Source: a virus. From it: 64,000 nucleotides of DNA. Positions 26,955-38,583 of the stretch are shown here, piece by piece. The notes under the pieces were generated by a model. It saw nothing but the letters and a program-made list of their open reading frames with translations, had not been told where the DNA came from and did no database searches. The position numbers and the translations under genes were made by a program. The stretch's first letter is position 1. The number at the start of each line of letters is the position of its first letter. Location: IMG/VR virus record IMGVR_UViG_3300042261_000868, positions 1 to 64,000 of that record. One strand, given 5' to 3'.

Positions 26955-27401
26955 ATGAGTTCATTATCAATACCAATGGCTGAAGTTTTAGAGTTAATTA
27001 AATCAGATAAAACACTAAGAGCCGCTATTTTAGAAAAAGATGATGCAATCATTGATGATCTTTATAAGTTTATAGGCACACCAAATTGCCCATCTTGTAT
27101 TGCTAAAGTGCAAGATTTTGTAAATCAAAATATTGATTTTATAAATACATTAGTAAAGAGCATTCAGAAACCAATCCCCAGCCCAGAGAAAGTAACACCA
27201 CCTAAAGTCACCGAATCTCACCCCGCTGTCCCCACACCAATGAAGGTAGCTGGTGAAGTATATGAGATAGATGCTGACCCAAACCAATATAAAGAGCTAA
27301 TTGAGTTATCTCAATCTCAAAGGTGGTTATATAGAGGATTAACGGTAGTTGAGAAAATTAACGATGAGGGTAAAAAGGTTTGGATGATAATGTTCTATTA
27401 A
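26955..27401 (+). CDS. Hypothetical protein with CPSC motif and Pro-rich linker
   Basis: TGTTATAAT promoter at 26927-26935 and GGAG RBS. Confidence 0.65.
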   Translation: MSSLSIPMAEVLELIKSDKTLRAAILEKDDAIIDDLYKFIGTPNCPSCIAKVQDFVNQNIDFINTLVKSIQKPIPSPEKVTPPKVTESHPAVPTPMKVAGEVYEIDADPNQYKELIELSQSQRWLYRGLTVVEKINDEGKKVWMIMFY

Positions 27402-27411
27402 AGGAATATAA

Positions 27412-29199
27412 ATGGATGTAGATTATTCAAATTTTGAAAAAGAAGATTTTTCAATCAATGGGTTTTATAGAGCATTCGTTGAGGATAATGTAGATCCACT
27501 TAGCGTTGGGAGACTCAGAGTTCGTATTTTGGGCATCCATTCAATGGATATACTAGAAGCCCCTACGGAAAATTTACCTTGGGCTGAACCAGTTATACCT
27601 ATAGCTTATAGTGGGGGTGCTAATCTCCAGAATATTGATGTTAAGCCAGGTGTCTCCGCTGTTCCTCAAAGCAAATATGTACCAGCCCCAGTAGTCGCCC
27701 CATTAGCACAGCAAATTCCAACAACACCAACCGATAGTGTCAATAAAGCCACAACCGAATTTGTTACTATTCCAATACACCAAGATGCAAATCTTTGTAA
27801 TAGTGGAACTGGTGGGCACTTTGCTGTTCCAGCCAAAGGCTCTCTTGTTTGGGTTTTCTTTGATGGTGGGTGTCACTTAAGACCACATTATTTTGCTATG
27901 GCTACTCAAGCCAGAGATTGGAAAGCACAAAAACTTAAGATGCAAGGGGACATAGTTGACAGAGAGAATATAATTACTACATTATTTTCAACACTTTCAG
28001 CCGCCTCTGATGTAGCACCCCATAAATTTACTGGAACAGCAACCCCAAGCTCAGAAGTAAAAACCGCACTCCAAGCACCTACTTATACCCCAACTGGTAA
28101 TACCTTTGATCTCAATAATAGAACCGAAAATTTAACTTCGTGGACAACACCAGGCGGTACGACTATCCTCGTAAACCATACTTGGGGGAAAGAACAGCTT
28201 TATATAATACACAAAGGTTATTCTCAATTTATTGACGAAAAAGGTCAAGTTACAAAAGTTGTTGGTCATACTGCCCCAACACCAGTAAATACAACAACCG
28301 CATTAAACCCAACAAATGCCAGTGGTCTTGCTAATGATGAAACGGAAATAAATGCTGGTTTAAAGAATCTTTATATCATTGGTGACTATAATATGCTTAC
28401 TGTTGGCAATTGTGTTATTCAATGTAATAGTAATGTTCAAATAAACGCAATGTCAAATGTTGGAGTGGTTGCTCGCCAAGGTAATGTAAATGTACTTGCG
28501 GAATTAGGTTCAATAAACTTGGAAGCTAGTAAAGCTTCAATAAACTTAAAAGCACTTGATATTCAATTTGAAGCAGACAATAATATAACATTTAAATCAA
28601 AAAACTCAATAGATATGAATGCTGTTGCTGATGTTCAGATGAAAAGCAACGGTAAAATACTTTTAGAATCTACAAATATTGAAAGTAAAGCCACTGGTGC
28701 TTTTTCTGTAGATGCAACCAGTTCAGTTAATTTGAAAGCTGCTGGTATATCTACATATTCTTCCGATGGTGGACTAACCATTACCTCTTCAAAAACATCA
28801 GTTAATGGTGATACCTTAGTGTTGATTAATTCCGCTTTAGTTGAAATAAAAGGTACTGGTGGGGTCAATATAGAGGGAACAACCACGAATATTAAAGGTG
28901 CTACCGTTAATGTAAATGGGGATGGTGTGGTTAGTATTCTTGGTGCAACTACAAATGTTTACGGTACTGGTGCTGCTATGATTGGTGGCACTATTGCTAC
29001 TATGGGTGGGGCTATAACCAATATAACGGGAATATTAACTTTGGGGATAGGTTCTGTTATTGCTGGACCTCCCGCTACACCCGTGTCTAATACTTTTACA
29101 AAACCAGAAATTCCTCCAGTAAACCCTTATGTAGAATCCCCATTCGTCCCTGCCGCTGCGGATATACCAATAGTCGCAACACCATCTCAAATTGTATAA
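27412..29199 (+). CDS. gp5: gp5/VgrG-like baseplate hub/central spike (OB fold + beta-helix, no lysozyme domain)
   Basis: RAFVEDNVDPL..GRLRVRILGIH, LPWA, P.KGSLVWVFFDGG...P; long 8-residue-periodic beta-helix C-terminus. Confidence 0.85.
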   Translation: MDVDYSNFEKEDFSINGFYRAFVEDNVDPLSVGRLRVRILGIHSMDILEAPTENLPWAEPVIPIAYSGGANLQNIDVKPGVSAVPQSKYVPAPVVAPLAQQIPTTPTDSVNKATTEFVTIPIHQDANLCNSGTGGHFAVPAKGSLVWVFFDGGCHLRPHYFAMATQARDWKAQKLKMQGDIVDRENIITTLFSTLSAASDVAPHKFTGTATPSSEVKTALQAPTYTPTGNTFDLNNRTENLTSWTTPGGTTILVNHTWGKEQLYIIHKGYSQFIDEKGQVTKVVGHTAPTPVNTTTALNPTNASGLANDETEINAGLKNLYIIGDYNMLTVGNCVIQCNSNVQINAMSNVGVVARQGNVNVLAELGSINLEASKASINLKALDIQFEADNNITFKSKNSIDMNAVADVQMKSNGKILLESTNIESKATGAFSVDATSSVNLKAAGISTYSSDGGLTITSSKTSVNGDTLVLINSALVEIKGTGGVNIEGTTTNIKGATVNVNGDGVVSILGATTNVYGTGAAMIGGTIATMGGAITNITGILTLGIGSVIAGPPATPVSNTFTKPEIPPVNPYVESPFVPAAADIPIVATPSQIV

Positions 29200-29202
29200 A
29201 TA
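29195..29202 (+). promoter_or_regulatory. T4-type late promoter TATAAATA
   Basis: Exact match just upstream of gp25. Confidence 0.65.
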
Positions 29203-29218
29203 ATAAAAAGAGACTAAA

Positions 29219-29623
29219 ATGGCAAATACAAGTAACAACGAAAAGATTTTTGCTTCTGATTTAGCATTTAAGCCAACTGTATCAAACACAGGGGACTTAT
29301 CTGTGGTTACTAATAGAGCAGCTATTAATCAATCTCTTTTTAACATAATTAAAACCAGAAAAGGTTCCCGTGTTGGGAATCCAGAATTTGGGGCTGGTGT
29401 GGAGACTTTTCTTTTTGAACCACTAACTCAAGATACAGCAGAAGCGATGGGTAAAGCTATCGTGAGTCAAATTACACTTTGGGAACCAAGAATAAATATA
29501 TTATCTACTGAGATGAAAGTTTATGATGCTCCACAAGCAGGATATGAATTAAGTATAAGATATATAATACTCCAGACATTCACCGAAGGGGATTATTCTT
29601 TGTTCTTAACTAAGCAAATTTAA
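29219..29623 (+). CDS. gp25: gp25-like baseplate wedge subunit
   Basis: AINQSLFNIIKTRKGSR...PEFGAG...LFEP...WEPRI. Confidence 0.9.
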   Translation: MANTSNNEKIFASDLAFKPTVSNTGDLSVVTNRAAINQSLFNIIKTRKGSRVGNPEFGAGVETFLFEPLTQDTAEAMGKAIVSQITLWEPRINILSTEMKVYDAPQAGYELSIRYIILQTFTEGDYSLFLTKQI

Positions 29624-29632
29624 AGGTTTAAA

Positions 29633-32600
29633 ATGAAAAAAACAATAGACTATACAAAAATAGAATTTTCAGATTTAAGAGCAGAATTAATCTCTTACTT
29701 AAAAGAAACGAACACTTTTAAGGATATTGATATTGAAGGTTCTAATATAAAGACATTCGTTGATATATTTGCTTACATTGGTCAATTATTTGGGTTTTAT
29801 ACATATGCATCAGCTAACGAACTTTTCCTTCCTACTGTCAAAAAATATAGTAATTTAATAAAAATAGCAGAACTTTTAAAATATGAACCAAGAGGAATAA
29901 CATCAGCCAAGTTAGATGTTGTTGGTTCATTAAATCCAGATTATGTTATTAGTAAAGATGGACAACAAATTGAGATTCCAGCATATTCAATTTTCCCAGC
30001 TTCTCGTCAAACCGAATTAGGTAAAAACTTTCAATTTACCAATGTAGAACCAGTAAATTATATTATTAGAAGTTATGGTGTTAAAGCTGTTGAACAAAGT
30101 GATATTTACTATGCTGGTTACAAGTTACCTTTAACTGCCCCAGCCGCTTTCTTCACTAACTCGAATGCTGTTCAATTGCTCCCAACCGCTTTTACATTAC
30201 CTCTTTCTAAAAATAAACAATTAAGAATACTTGAGAGAAACGATGTAACCAATTATCGTTCACCAGATATCTCAAACTACCCAGCATCTAATGGAACATC
30301 AAGTCAAGGGCAGCCATTTGAGAAAACAATCAATGCTATTGACTATGCAACCCCAATAACACCTAACACCATATGCTATTTGGTATTTAATTACTCTCAA
30401 AGTAACTCAGAACCATATCTTTCATTAACAATTGATTCAAACATATTTAACACAAAAGAGGACGATGTTATATGTTCGTTGCAGCTAGTACCAACCGATA
30501 ATACAAACACATATTATACCCTTCAAACAATTGATGTATTAACACACAATCGCTTCTATGTTGGCACCTTGGGATTATATAATCTTGAGAGTGTGAATCT
30601 AGAGTTCCAAACAATGCAAAATCGTCCAAAGTCTCTTGAAAAAATCATTATGCATATTAATAAGGATGGGACAAACCCAGAATTAGGTGTTCTAATTAAC
30701 GGGAATACCTATACCTTTAGTTCTGGTACAATTGAATCACAGAAACTAAAACCAAATTCTTTTGACTTATCAGTTACCGAATATAATGTAAATCTTTGTC
30801 TTGATTCACCCGACTCACCAGAAATAAATTATGGTGCAAGACTCGAAATAACAACAAACTCTCCAATAGACTCACAAGCAACCATAGCAAAAATATACAC
30901 CCAAAGACAAGATACACTAACAGCCACCCCAACAATTACAAATACCAACGGTGGTAGATTCGGTGACATAGCTGTAGTCAGTGTCATTGAACCAGAAACC
31001 TCTAATCAAAAGAACGGAATAGTTACTTTCTCATCTGGACAAGACAACTCAAAAGTTGTTTTTAATAAACCATTTAGTACAAATAACTATCATATTTCTT
31101 TAGGTTCCACACAAAATATCAGAAAATGGTATGCAAACCAAAACATAAATGGGTTCACTCTTTATATTGAACCAGATTCCAACTTTAGTGGAGATATATC
31201 TTGGGTAGCCACCGAAACGATCCCAAATAATCTCACCGAAATAAAAGTGTTTTTTGATAAACCACTTCCAAAAGTATTGGAAAACAACACATTAACCAGT
31301 AACTATATGGTTTCATTAACACCTAGCGAAAACATTGAGATTTGGTACGAAAACCTAACTCAAGATGGGTTCACTATAAAAACAAGTCGCAATTATGCTG
31401 GTAGAGTTTCTTGGAGTGCTTATAATTATTTTGACAATGAATTTACACCAGTAGAAAACATAAGTCAATCTCTCCGTCAAACTGGTAAAGTTGTCTTGAG
31501 AGCAGTTAGTACATATAATATAGTTCTTGAGACGCCAATAAGTGACGAGAACTATTCCATACAATTAACTACAGATAAAGATGTTAAAGTTTGGTACACA
31601 GACAAATTATCACAAGGTTTCACTATTAATGTTGAAGAAAGTGCCTCCTCAAGTGATACTACAGTTAACTGGACTGTAGAAAGTTCAGAAACAGATTATC
31701 TATATCAAGCACATGGAGAAGTTCAATTCGCTGGTCAAACCACCCTCCACAACTATATACCTGGCTATACTTTCACAAACATACCAGAATCATTCCAAAT
31801 CAACAACCTTTACGAAGGCACCCCTAAAATATCACATATTAACTCAAACCTTGTTATTGACACGGTTGGTAATGCTCTTCAATTATCATTAGATCCACAT
31901 AGAATTTATGAGGATGATGTAAAATTCATAATCGGTAATACTGTCATATCATCAAACACCATTAGAGTATTCGTCAAAAATAGCGAAGGTAAGTGGGACG
32001 AGTGGGAAAGAGCGGGGTTTGTATTCAATAAGACATTAAATGTCGGGGAGAAAATCTTTAAGATATCCATAAATTCTGATAGTAAACTTAGTATTGAATT
32101 TGGTAACGGGTCAAACTGGGGAACCAGTATTAAGGATACCGAGTTAATTGTATTTGGATTAGAGTCTGTGGGTAAAGAAGGAAACATCACAAAAGGCACC
32201 CTTTCATCAAATGTTATACTTTCCCAATATATCTTAGGTAATGATATTACATCGGTTGATTTTGAGCAAAACCTAATAAACTTAATCGGTTTAAAACAAA
32301 AACTCTATTTCTCTGGCAACTCTGTTGAAACATCAATTATAGACTCAGAAAATACAAAACTTGAATTTACTGATATTACGGTTGAACAAAACAAAAATGC
32401 CTTCGGCGGAAATGAAATTGAATCAACTGAAGAGTTACGTCAAAACGCAAATAACTTTTTCGTATCTCAAAGTAGACTTGTATCACTAGATGATTATAAT
32501 AGATACATATCATCTGCATTCACTGATTATCTTTTAAAGACCAAGGTTTTGTCTTTCAAAGAAGCAAAGGAATTTGGTTTAATTCCATCAACCGAGCCAG

Positions 32601-33211
32601 CAAATTATTGGTTTAACTATATCTTTGTAATTGGTTTAAATAAAGACGGATCAAACATCATAAGTAAGATTCTTAAAGACTTCTTAATTGATTCCCTTGA
32701 TAAATCAACATTTAAAATGGTTGGCGTTGACCACGAAATTATCAATGCAAATTGGGTGCCTATAGATATCGCTATTCGCTATAAGAAGTCTAAAGGCGGA
32801 AGCTACCAGAACATTGAAACACAAATGAAGAATAACCTTGAGCAATATTTTTCTGACTACTCAATACACGAACTTGGTGAAACTATTTACCACTCCACTA
32901 TCAGTTCACTAATCAAAGTAGATAATGTTGAAACTTTTGAAGTTATGCTTAACAAAAACCCAGATAATAAACTACAAGCAAACGACTACAATGTTAACTT
33001 CTCAACATCAGATGCCGATGTAAATATTGCTAGAAGAAATAGATTGATGGAATTAGTTGCTAAAGATCCAAGTTTAGTTAAAATCTATCAACCTTTATTT
33101 GACACCCTAAATGTAGATGGTACGAGAGAATGGAATTACAGTCTTGATGTAACTCTCGAACAATTTGAATATCCAAAGCTTGGAAGTGTTATAATCGAGA
33201 AACAAGGATAA
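29633..33211 (+). CDS. gp6: gp6-like baseplate wedge protein, expanded by internal repeats
   Basis: N-terminal DYT..EF...L...FKDIDIEGSN...ANELFL; IEFGNG; GGNEIES.EELR...QSRLVSLDDY. Confidence 0.85.
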   Translation: MKKTIDYTKIEFSDLRAELISYLKETNTFKDIDIEGSNIKTFVDIFAYIGQLFGFYTYASANELFLPTVKKYSNLIKIAELLKYEPRGITSAKLDVVGSLNPDYVISKDGQQIEIPAYSIFPASRQTELGKNFQFTNVEPVNYIIRSYGVKAVEQSDIYYAGYKLPLTAPAAFFTNSNAVQLLPTAFTLPLSKNKQLRILERNDVTNYRSPDISNYPASNGTSSQGQPFEKTINAIDYATPITPNTICYLVFNYSQSNSEPYLSLTIDSNIFNTKEDDVICSLQLVPTDNTNTYYTLQTIDVLTHNRFYVGTLGLYNLESVNLEFQTMQNRPKSLEKIIMHINKDGTNPELGVLINGNTYTFSSGTIESQKLKPNSFDLSVTEYNVNLCLDSPDSPEINYGARLEITTNSPIDSQATIAKIYTQRQDTLTATPTITNTNGGRFGDIAVVSVIEPETSNQKNGIVTFSSGQDNSKVVFNKPFSTNNYHISLGSTQNIRKWYANQNINGFTLYIEPDSNFSGDISWVATETIPNNLTEIKVFFDKPLPKVLENNTLTSNYMVSLTPSENIEIWYENLTQDGFTIKTSRNYAGRVSWSAYNYFDNEFTPVENISQSLRQTGKVVLRAVSTYNIVLETPISDENYSIQLTTDKDVKVWYTDKLSQGFTINVEESASSSDTTVNWTVESSETDYLYQAHGEVQFAGQTTLHNYIPGYTFTNIPESFQINNLYEGTPKISHINSNLVIDTVGNALQLSLDPHRIYEDDVKFIIGNTVISSNTIRVFVKNSEGKWDEWERAGFVFNKTLNVGEKIFKISINSDSKLSIEFGNGSNWGTSIKDTELIVFGLESVGKEGNITKGTLSSNVILSQYILGNDITSVDFEQNLINLIGLKQKLYFSGNSVETSIIDSENTKLEFTDITVEQNKNAFGGNEIESTEELRQNANNFFVSQSRLVSLDDYNRYISSAFTDYLLKTKVLSFKEAKEFGLIPSTEPANYWFNYIFVIGLNKDGSNIISKILKDFLIDSLDKSTFKMVGVDHEIINANWVPIDIAIRYKKSKGGSYQNIETQMKNNLEQYFSDYSIHELGETIYHSTISSLIKVDNVETFEVMLNKNPDNKLQANDYNVNFSTSDADVNIARRNRLMELVAKDPSLVKIYQPLFDTLNVDGTREWNYSLDVTLEQFEYPKLGSVIIEKQG

Positions 33212-33218
33212 ATTTTAA

Positions 33219-36200
33219 ATGGCATTTAACGCAGATTTTACTATTGATAATGATGGTATCCACGCCAACGAAAAGATTTATTTTAAAAACACATCAACAA
33301 GTGGGTTTTTGATAGACAGTGATTTCTTGGAGATTGATGGGGATGTTACAAAAGCAGATTTAGACCTATCTAATTATATAGTAAGTAGTATTAGTAAATT
33401 ACAATGGTCATTCACTGATGGTAACTTTTTTAATACTGACGATGTTATCCATAGATTTAAAGAATCTAAAACTGAGAGAGTCACTCTAAAGATTTGGTCA
33501 GAGGCTTTCGTTTATCAAGGAACCACCTTTTACTTCACACATAACATAACTAAAGATGTAGATGTTCAGTCTAGATTCTATAAGTTTATAAAGGATCATT
33601 ATCCAATCTACGACGACATTACATCAAACGAACTTGATGATTTAATGAAGTCGGCTGGTAAGTTTTTTGATAGAATGCATACCGATATTGGTGGATTAAC
33701 TTCTCTAATAGATATTCATAGAATAGACCCAGAGTATCTTGAATATTGGGCACTTACTTTAGGACACACAGAGTATGCAAAGAAGGTTGGATATCAACTT
33801 AAAACAAATGATTTTGACAACTATGATATCTTTGATAAAATTAAATATAATACAGCAACGAGTAAAGAGATAGATACATTAAGAAACTTTTTACTCTTTA
33901 GTGCTGATTTGTTTAGAAATAAGGGAACCCCCGATAATATTATTAAGTTCCTTAAGTTCTTTGGTGTTGATGCTAAAATCAAAGACCTATGGACACAATC
34001 TTGGACAGCTATTCTCAGACCATCTATCGTTGAAACATTTAGTGGTTATACAGACTTTGACGATAACCAATTAAAATTAAAATGGGATAACATAAAGGTT
34101 GCCGATTTTGATAACTCAAAGAGTCACTTCATAAAGAACTTTAGTTCTATAATTCTTGATAGTTACCATATCGTTGAGGAGATTGAGAATCCTTATGATG
34201 AAGTAGCAACTGTTGCTGTGTCTGGTGATAAACTTGGTTGGAAGGAATTTGAATTAACCACTAATTACGGTTTAACTGCCTCTCCATCTATAATCTCGCA
34301 TATCTTTAAAATAAACGGAAGCCCAGTATTAGACTCAGAAACCGATGACTTCACTCTTTATACAGATGTGGTTCCAAACAACCCAACCAGATTTGACTCA
34401 GAGAAGTATTCGGTATTACAAATTGATCCAACAGTAATAGCTGACGGAGATAGATTTAGCATACTTTACGATTTACCATACGATGGTAAGAAAGACTGTA
34501 TCGTTACCACAACAACTGAAAAGGTTAAAGATTTTGACTTAAAGGTTTCTTTTAGGACAAAACAAGAGAACACAAGGACCAATCTCTACAGGGCACCAGA
34601 CAATGAAATATTCGTTTCATTTAGAGGAACAAAGAGTTCAATAGACAACAATTCAGATTATAATAACTTCTATAAATTCTCTATTAACACAGATAGATCA
34701 ACATTCTCCCTTTCAAAAATCATCTTAAGCGAAAGCATAAACGACTACTTGACTCAACACATTAGTCTTAGTTATAATAACGACGAAGTTTATGAGCCAA
34801 TTATAATCTATCCAGAAACATCTTCTATCTCAGCCAGTGAGGTATTTGTATTTGATCGTGAAAAAGAATATGAGCTTCTTTTAATGGTCAATGGTTCTTC
34901 ACTTTCAAGTTATGTTAGAGAAAAGAGAAACGAAAATGAAGTTAAAGCTGATATAAGCAACTTCAAAGGAAACAATAACATTTATGGTGTTACAGAAATT
35001 GAATGGACACCGCTCATTGAGAACTTCTCTTTTGATGTTCTTCCAAAAAAAGTAAAGACGGTTGATGCTTATGGTAACGAGATGTATGCCGAGACATACA
35101 AAGTAATTAACGAGGCTGGATATTATGGATTTGGTGTTAAAGACGGTATAGTTGAATATACCAGAATTGAACTAAATAACCTTGACCCAGATACTCGTTT
35201 ATATAACGAAGTTGAAAAGGAATTGGAATTAAAACCAAAACATCTTGAAAGAATACCATCCTATGAAACCAGAATGGATAACTACGAGAATACAAAAAAG
35301 GACTTCTTAAAGGTTGTTTCAGAAGACTTTAAGACAAACTCCACATATGATGTATCAAAAGAGGAATCCAAATCCCTTGATATCTTATTCGTAGACAAGG
35401 CATCTGTTCCTCAAACATTAGGAACAAGACTTACTGTTAACTTCAACCAAAATTGGATTAATAGCAATTTCACAAGTGACGAAGATTTAATTAATAAAAT
35501 AATTATTCCAATTGGTAGCCAAAGAAACTGGTTTATACCAGAACAAAGAGTCTTAAGTAGTTCAAACTACGAAAGTTACAACACAACAAGTGGAGCACCT
35601 GGCTTCTTCTCTGCTGATTTCTCCCCAATGCTTGGTGAATATTCCCTTGAGCCACTTGATAGTTTCTCGTCAGTGTCAAGAGCAAACATTGATACATATA
35701 CACTCAACTTTAATAGCAGACTACAGCAATATATTGATTATAGGTCCGATGGGTTTACCCTTGATGGTGTTTGGGAAGAGGTATATCCTTATTCAAATGT
35801 TTTTGAGTCTATTTCCAAAGATATTGTTTTAGATGACTCGTCCATATATGTGAATAAAATGTTCGTACCTATTACGGTTGACATTGCAGAGGGTACAAGA
35901 ATATTGGGAGTCAAGTTCAAGAACTGCGATAACATAAAGTCCCTCATAAGCAGATATGGTACAGAGTTCAATAAAGAAGTCCAATTGTGGGGTAGCTTTA
36001 CCTTCCATGTGCCTTGCAATACTACTCTTTATAAGCCATCTTCTTACCCATTAGAAGAATCCAATAAGTTCCCTGGTCACTATATGATGACCATTTTCGT
36101 ACCGCTTGGTATATTAAACGAAGCTGTTTTGAATTATAGTTTAGGTAGAGAGTTCACCCAACAGAGCGATAACTATCCTTCTGTGATTGATTTAAATGGT

Positions 36201-38576
36201 ATTTTTGCTAAACTTGTCCCAGAGAAGCTAACTGTATCATCTAGTAGTGCTACCGTAATTGTACCAAACCCCTATGAGAGTGCAGAAAAGGGTCTTATGG
36301 TGAAATATTTCGTTTCTGGAAAGATGGACTTATTAACCAAAATAACAAAACCAATTTCTTCCTCAAGCGAAAAAAGAAATTATGTCTTCACCCTAGACCA
36401 ACAACCAAGAGAGTTCCTTGACAGTCTTTCATCATCTGAAAGTGATTTCAACTGGTGGGCACCAACCGAAGTTTGGAGAAGAAGAGACTTTGAGATTCAG
36501 CAAGTAGATTTAGAAGAGGACATCGCTTCTGGTATTAATTTCGCTGATAAGTCAATGGATGAAAACAACAACTCTAAGTTGTTCTTTGGTAAAGAAATCC
36601 CAACCAGTAACCCAAATGTTAAGAGTTTAAGCATCAAGTTAACCGATGGTGTTATAACCCCAGGTACTATGTATTATGCCAGAGTGAAGCTTAACATTAC
36701 TTATTCTGGTGTGAGTTCCCAAAATCTAGATAGTTTGACAGAATCAGAAAAGAACAACATTAAGATTAACGGACAGAAATACACAGATGATCTAAAACTT
36801 GCTGCTGTTAAAGTATGCAAAGAAATGATAGTTCCTATTGCTTGGTATGGGCAAGACGAGTTAACGATATCAAACCCAAACTATGATAAGTGTTCAACCA
36901 ATCCAGCAGTTTCCGCTACCTTTGTATTAAGCGATACCCTTGAATATGCTAACTTCATTGAGAGAAGTTTCAAAGGAAACGAAACCATTACTTTTGCTCC
37001 TATGGGTCTAATGACAGAGGCGATCAATCAGAAACCAATTTCCAACATTAATATCCTTTTAAACAACGAAGATTTGGCTAAATTTGTTTCTGAATCCGAA
37101 TGGAATCACAATAGTTGGAATAAGTTCTTTATTGAACATTTGGAAATTTCGGAAATTATTGAAGAGGTTCAACCAGAAAATTTCAAGTTATTTGATAAGT
37201 ATATAATCCTTGCTCAAAGTAAAATAAACATTGGTGCTAACCTTGAGTTCTCTTATAACTCAGCAGAACTTGATTGGGATGTTTTAAAGAACTTCAGTTA
37301 CTTTATAAACAACCATGTTAACGAGGATTTGATTTTTGACATACCATACGACTTAATAGACATCAACGATTGGAATAAGAATATTAAAGAGGTACTCTTA
37401 AACAGATATGTCATTGATAATTCCCTCTACACCATTGGTGATAGCACAATCACGGTTGGAACCAGTGACTTGTTAGAAAACCTCGTTGGGGGTATTCTAA
37501 CTGCCAGATATAACTTTGATTTTTACTTTGATAAAGAAAGAAAATACAAAACAGTTGAAGATGACTTCAATATAACCCGCCAAATTAAATGGATTCCATA
37601 TGAGTCTAACTCAACCGAGATTTATGAGAACATGAAGAGAATACCATCTGATAACTTACTTCTTGGATTACCAGCAAATAATAGCACAAGTAGCCATGAC
37701 ATTATTGTTAAAGACAATGTTTATGCCTTCAGATCACTTAATAAGAACTCATTGTATCCATTTGAAGGAAGACAGAGTGGAACGAGAGTTAATAATCGTT
37801 CAGTTAACATAACTCAAAACGAACCAAATGCTCGTCGTATCTTTATGATAGATAACGATAATTTCATATTTGACATACAAGCAGATGTGTATTTTGATGC
37901 AAAACTTAATGACATTAAAAACTATAGAGGTAAGAAGTTTGAAATGATTCTCAAAGCAAGCGAAACATTTGATACAGATTTAGGAAAAAATATCCTCAAT
38001 AACTACTACTTTGCTGGTATTGGTTCATATGACTTTGATGTTGCTATGGGTGTTTCGCAATATAACAAAGATACAAAAAAGAATGAAAGTTCCTTCGTAG
38101 CTGGTTTTGGTGACTATAACACTAAAAACATCAAATCAAATGTCTGGTATAGGCTAAGATGTATCGTTACTAACGATTACATTAGAGTTCTTTTTAACGA
38201 AAAAGATGAATCAGAGAGACTTGTTATGAACTACTTTATTAACAAAGATTACCAGACAGATACCGCAAGGTATTTGTCGGGAGACTTTGAAGAATTAGTT
38301 TATAATGTTACTGGTCTTGATAAACTCAACATTGTATATCCAGAGAAGGCAGGAGAAAACACCAATAATAAGTTCGTTAGAAGATATATTAATAATGAGC
38401 TTATTCCAACAGTTAGACCAACTGGCTCGCTTTGTGGGTTTAGAATTTATAATGAATATACCTATATGACGAATGTTCAATATAAGTATCTTTCTGAGGA
38501 TGGTTATCAAGTCGGTAATGCATTTGATGTTAGTAACTTAAGTGATATGATTTCGGACATAAATAAGAAATATTGA
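33219..38576 (+). CDS. gp7/P2 gpI-like giant baseplate wedge protein with PKD-like N-terminus and ConA-like domains
   Basis: ADFT...FKNTS...WSFTDG PKD-like start; IDPEYLEYWALTLG and FRNKGT...FLKFFG tail-I motif; WYRLRCIV beta-sandwich; follows gp6. Confidence 0.65.
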   Translation: MAFNADFTIDNDGIHANEKIYFKNTSTSGFLIDSDFLEIDGDVTKADLDLSNYIVSSISKLQWSFTDGNFFNTDDVIHRFKESKTERVTLKIWSEAFVYQGTTFYFTHNITKDVDVQSRFYKFIKDHYPIYDDITSNELDDLMKSAGKFFDRMHTDIGGLTSLIDIHRIDPEYLEYWALTLGHTEYAKKVGYQLKTNDFDNYDIFDKIKYNTATSKEIDTLRNFLLFSADLFRNKGTPDNIIKFLKFFGVDAKIKDLWTQSWTAILRPSIVETFSGYTDFDDNQLKLKWDNIKVADFDNSKSHFIKNFSSIILDSYHIVEEIENPYDEVATVAVSGDKLGWKEFELTTNYGLTASPSIISHIFKINGSPVLDSETDDFTLYTDVVPNNPTRFDSEKYSVLQIDPTVIADGDRFSILYDLPYDGKKDCIVTTTTEKVKDFDLKVSFRTKQENTRTNLYRAPDNEIFVSFRGTKSSIDNNSDYNNFYKFSINTDRSTFSLSKIILSESINDYLTQHISLSYNNDEVYEPIIIYPETSSISASEVFVFDREKEYELLLMVNGSSLSSYVREKRNENEVKADISNFKGNNNIYGVTEIEWTPLIENFSFDVLPKKVKTVDAYGNEMYAETYKVINEAGYYGFGVKDGIVEYTRIELNNLDPDTRLYNEVEKELELKPKHLERIPSYETRMDNYENTKKDFLKVVSEDFKTNSTYDVSKEESKSLDILFVDKASVPQTLGTRLTVNFNQNWINSNFTSDEDLINKIIIPIGSQRNWFIPEQRVLSSSNYESYNTTSGAPGFFSADFSPMLGEYSLEPLDSFSSVSRANIDTYTLNFNSRLQQYIDYRSDGFTLDGVWEEVYPYSNVFESISKDIVLDDSSIYVNKMFVPITVDIAEGTRILGVKFKNCDNIKSLISRYGTEFNKEVQLWGSFTFHVPCNTTLYKPSSYPLEESNKFPGHYMMTIFVPLGILNEAVLNYSLGREFTQQSDNYPSVIDLNGIFAKLVPEKLTVSSSSATVIVPNPYESAEKGLMVKYFVSGKMDLLTKITKPISSSSEKRNYVFTLDQQPREFLDSLSSSESDFNWWAPTEVWRRRDFEIQQVDLEEDIASGINFADKSMDENNNSKLFFGKEIPTSNPNVKSLSIKLTDGVITPGTMYYARVKLNITYSGVSSQNLDSLTESEKNNIKINGQKYTDDLKLAAVKVCKEMIVPIAWYGQDELTISNPNYDKCSTNPAVSATFVLSDTLEYANFIERSFKGNETITFAPMGLMTEAINQKPISNINILLNNEDLAKFVSESEWNHNSWNKFFIEHLEISEIIEEVQPENFKLFDKYIILAQSKINIGANLEFSYNSAELDWDVLKNFSYFINNHVNEDLIFDIPYDLIDINDWNKNIKEVLLNRYVIDNSLYTIGDSTITVGTSDLLENLVGGILTARYNFDFYFDKERKYKTVEDDFNITRQIKWIPYESNSTEIYENMKRIPSDNLLLGLPANNSTSSHDIIVKDNVYAFRSLNKNSLYPFEGRQSGTRVNNRSVNITQNEPNARRIFMIDNDNFIFDIQADVYFDAKLNDIKNYRGKKFEMILKASETFDTDLGKNILNNYYFAGIGSYDFDVAMGVSQYNKDTKKNESSFVAGFGDYNTKNIKSNVWYRLRCIVTNDYIRVLFNEKDESERLVMNYFINKDYQTDTARYLSGDFEELVYNVTGLDKLNIVYPEKAGENTNNKFVRRYINNELIPTVRPTGSLCGFRIYNEYTYMTNVQYKYLSEDGYQVGNAFDVSNLSDMISDINKKY

Positions 38577-38583
38577 GGGATAC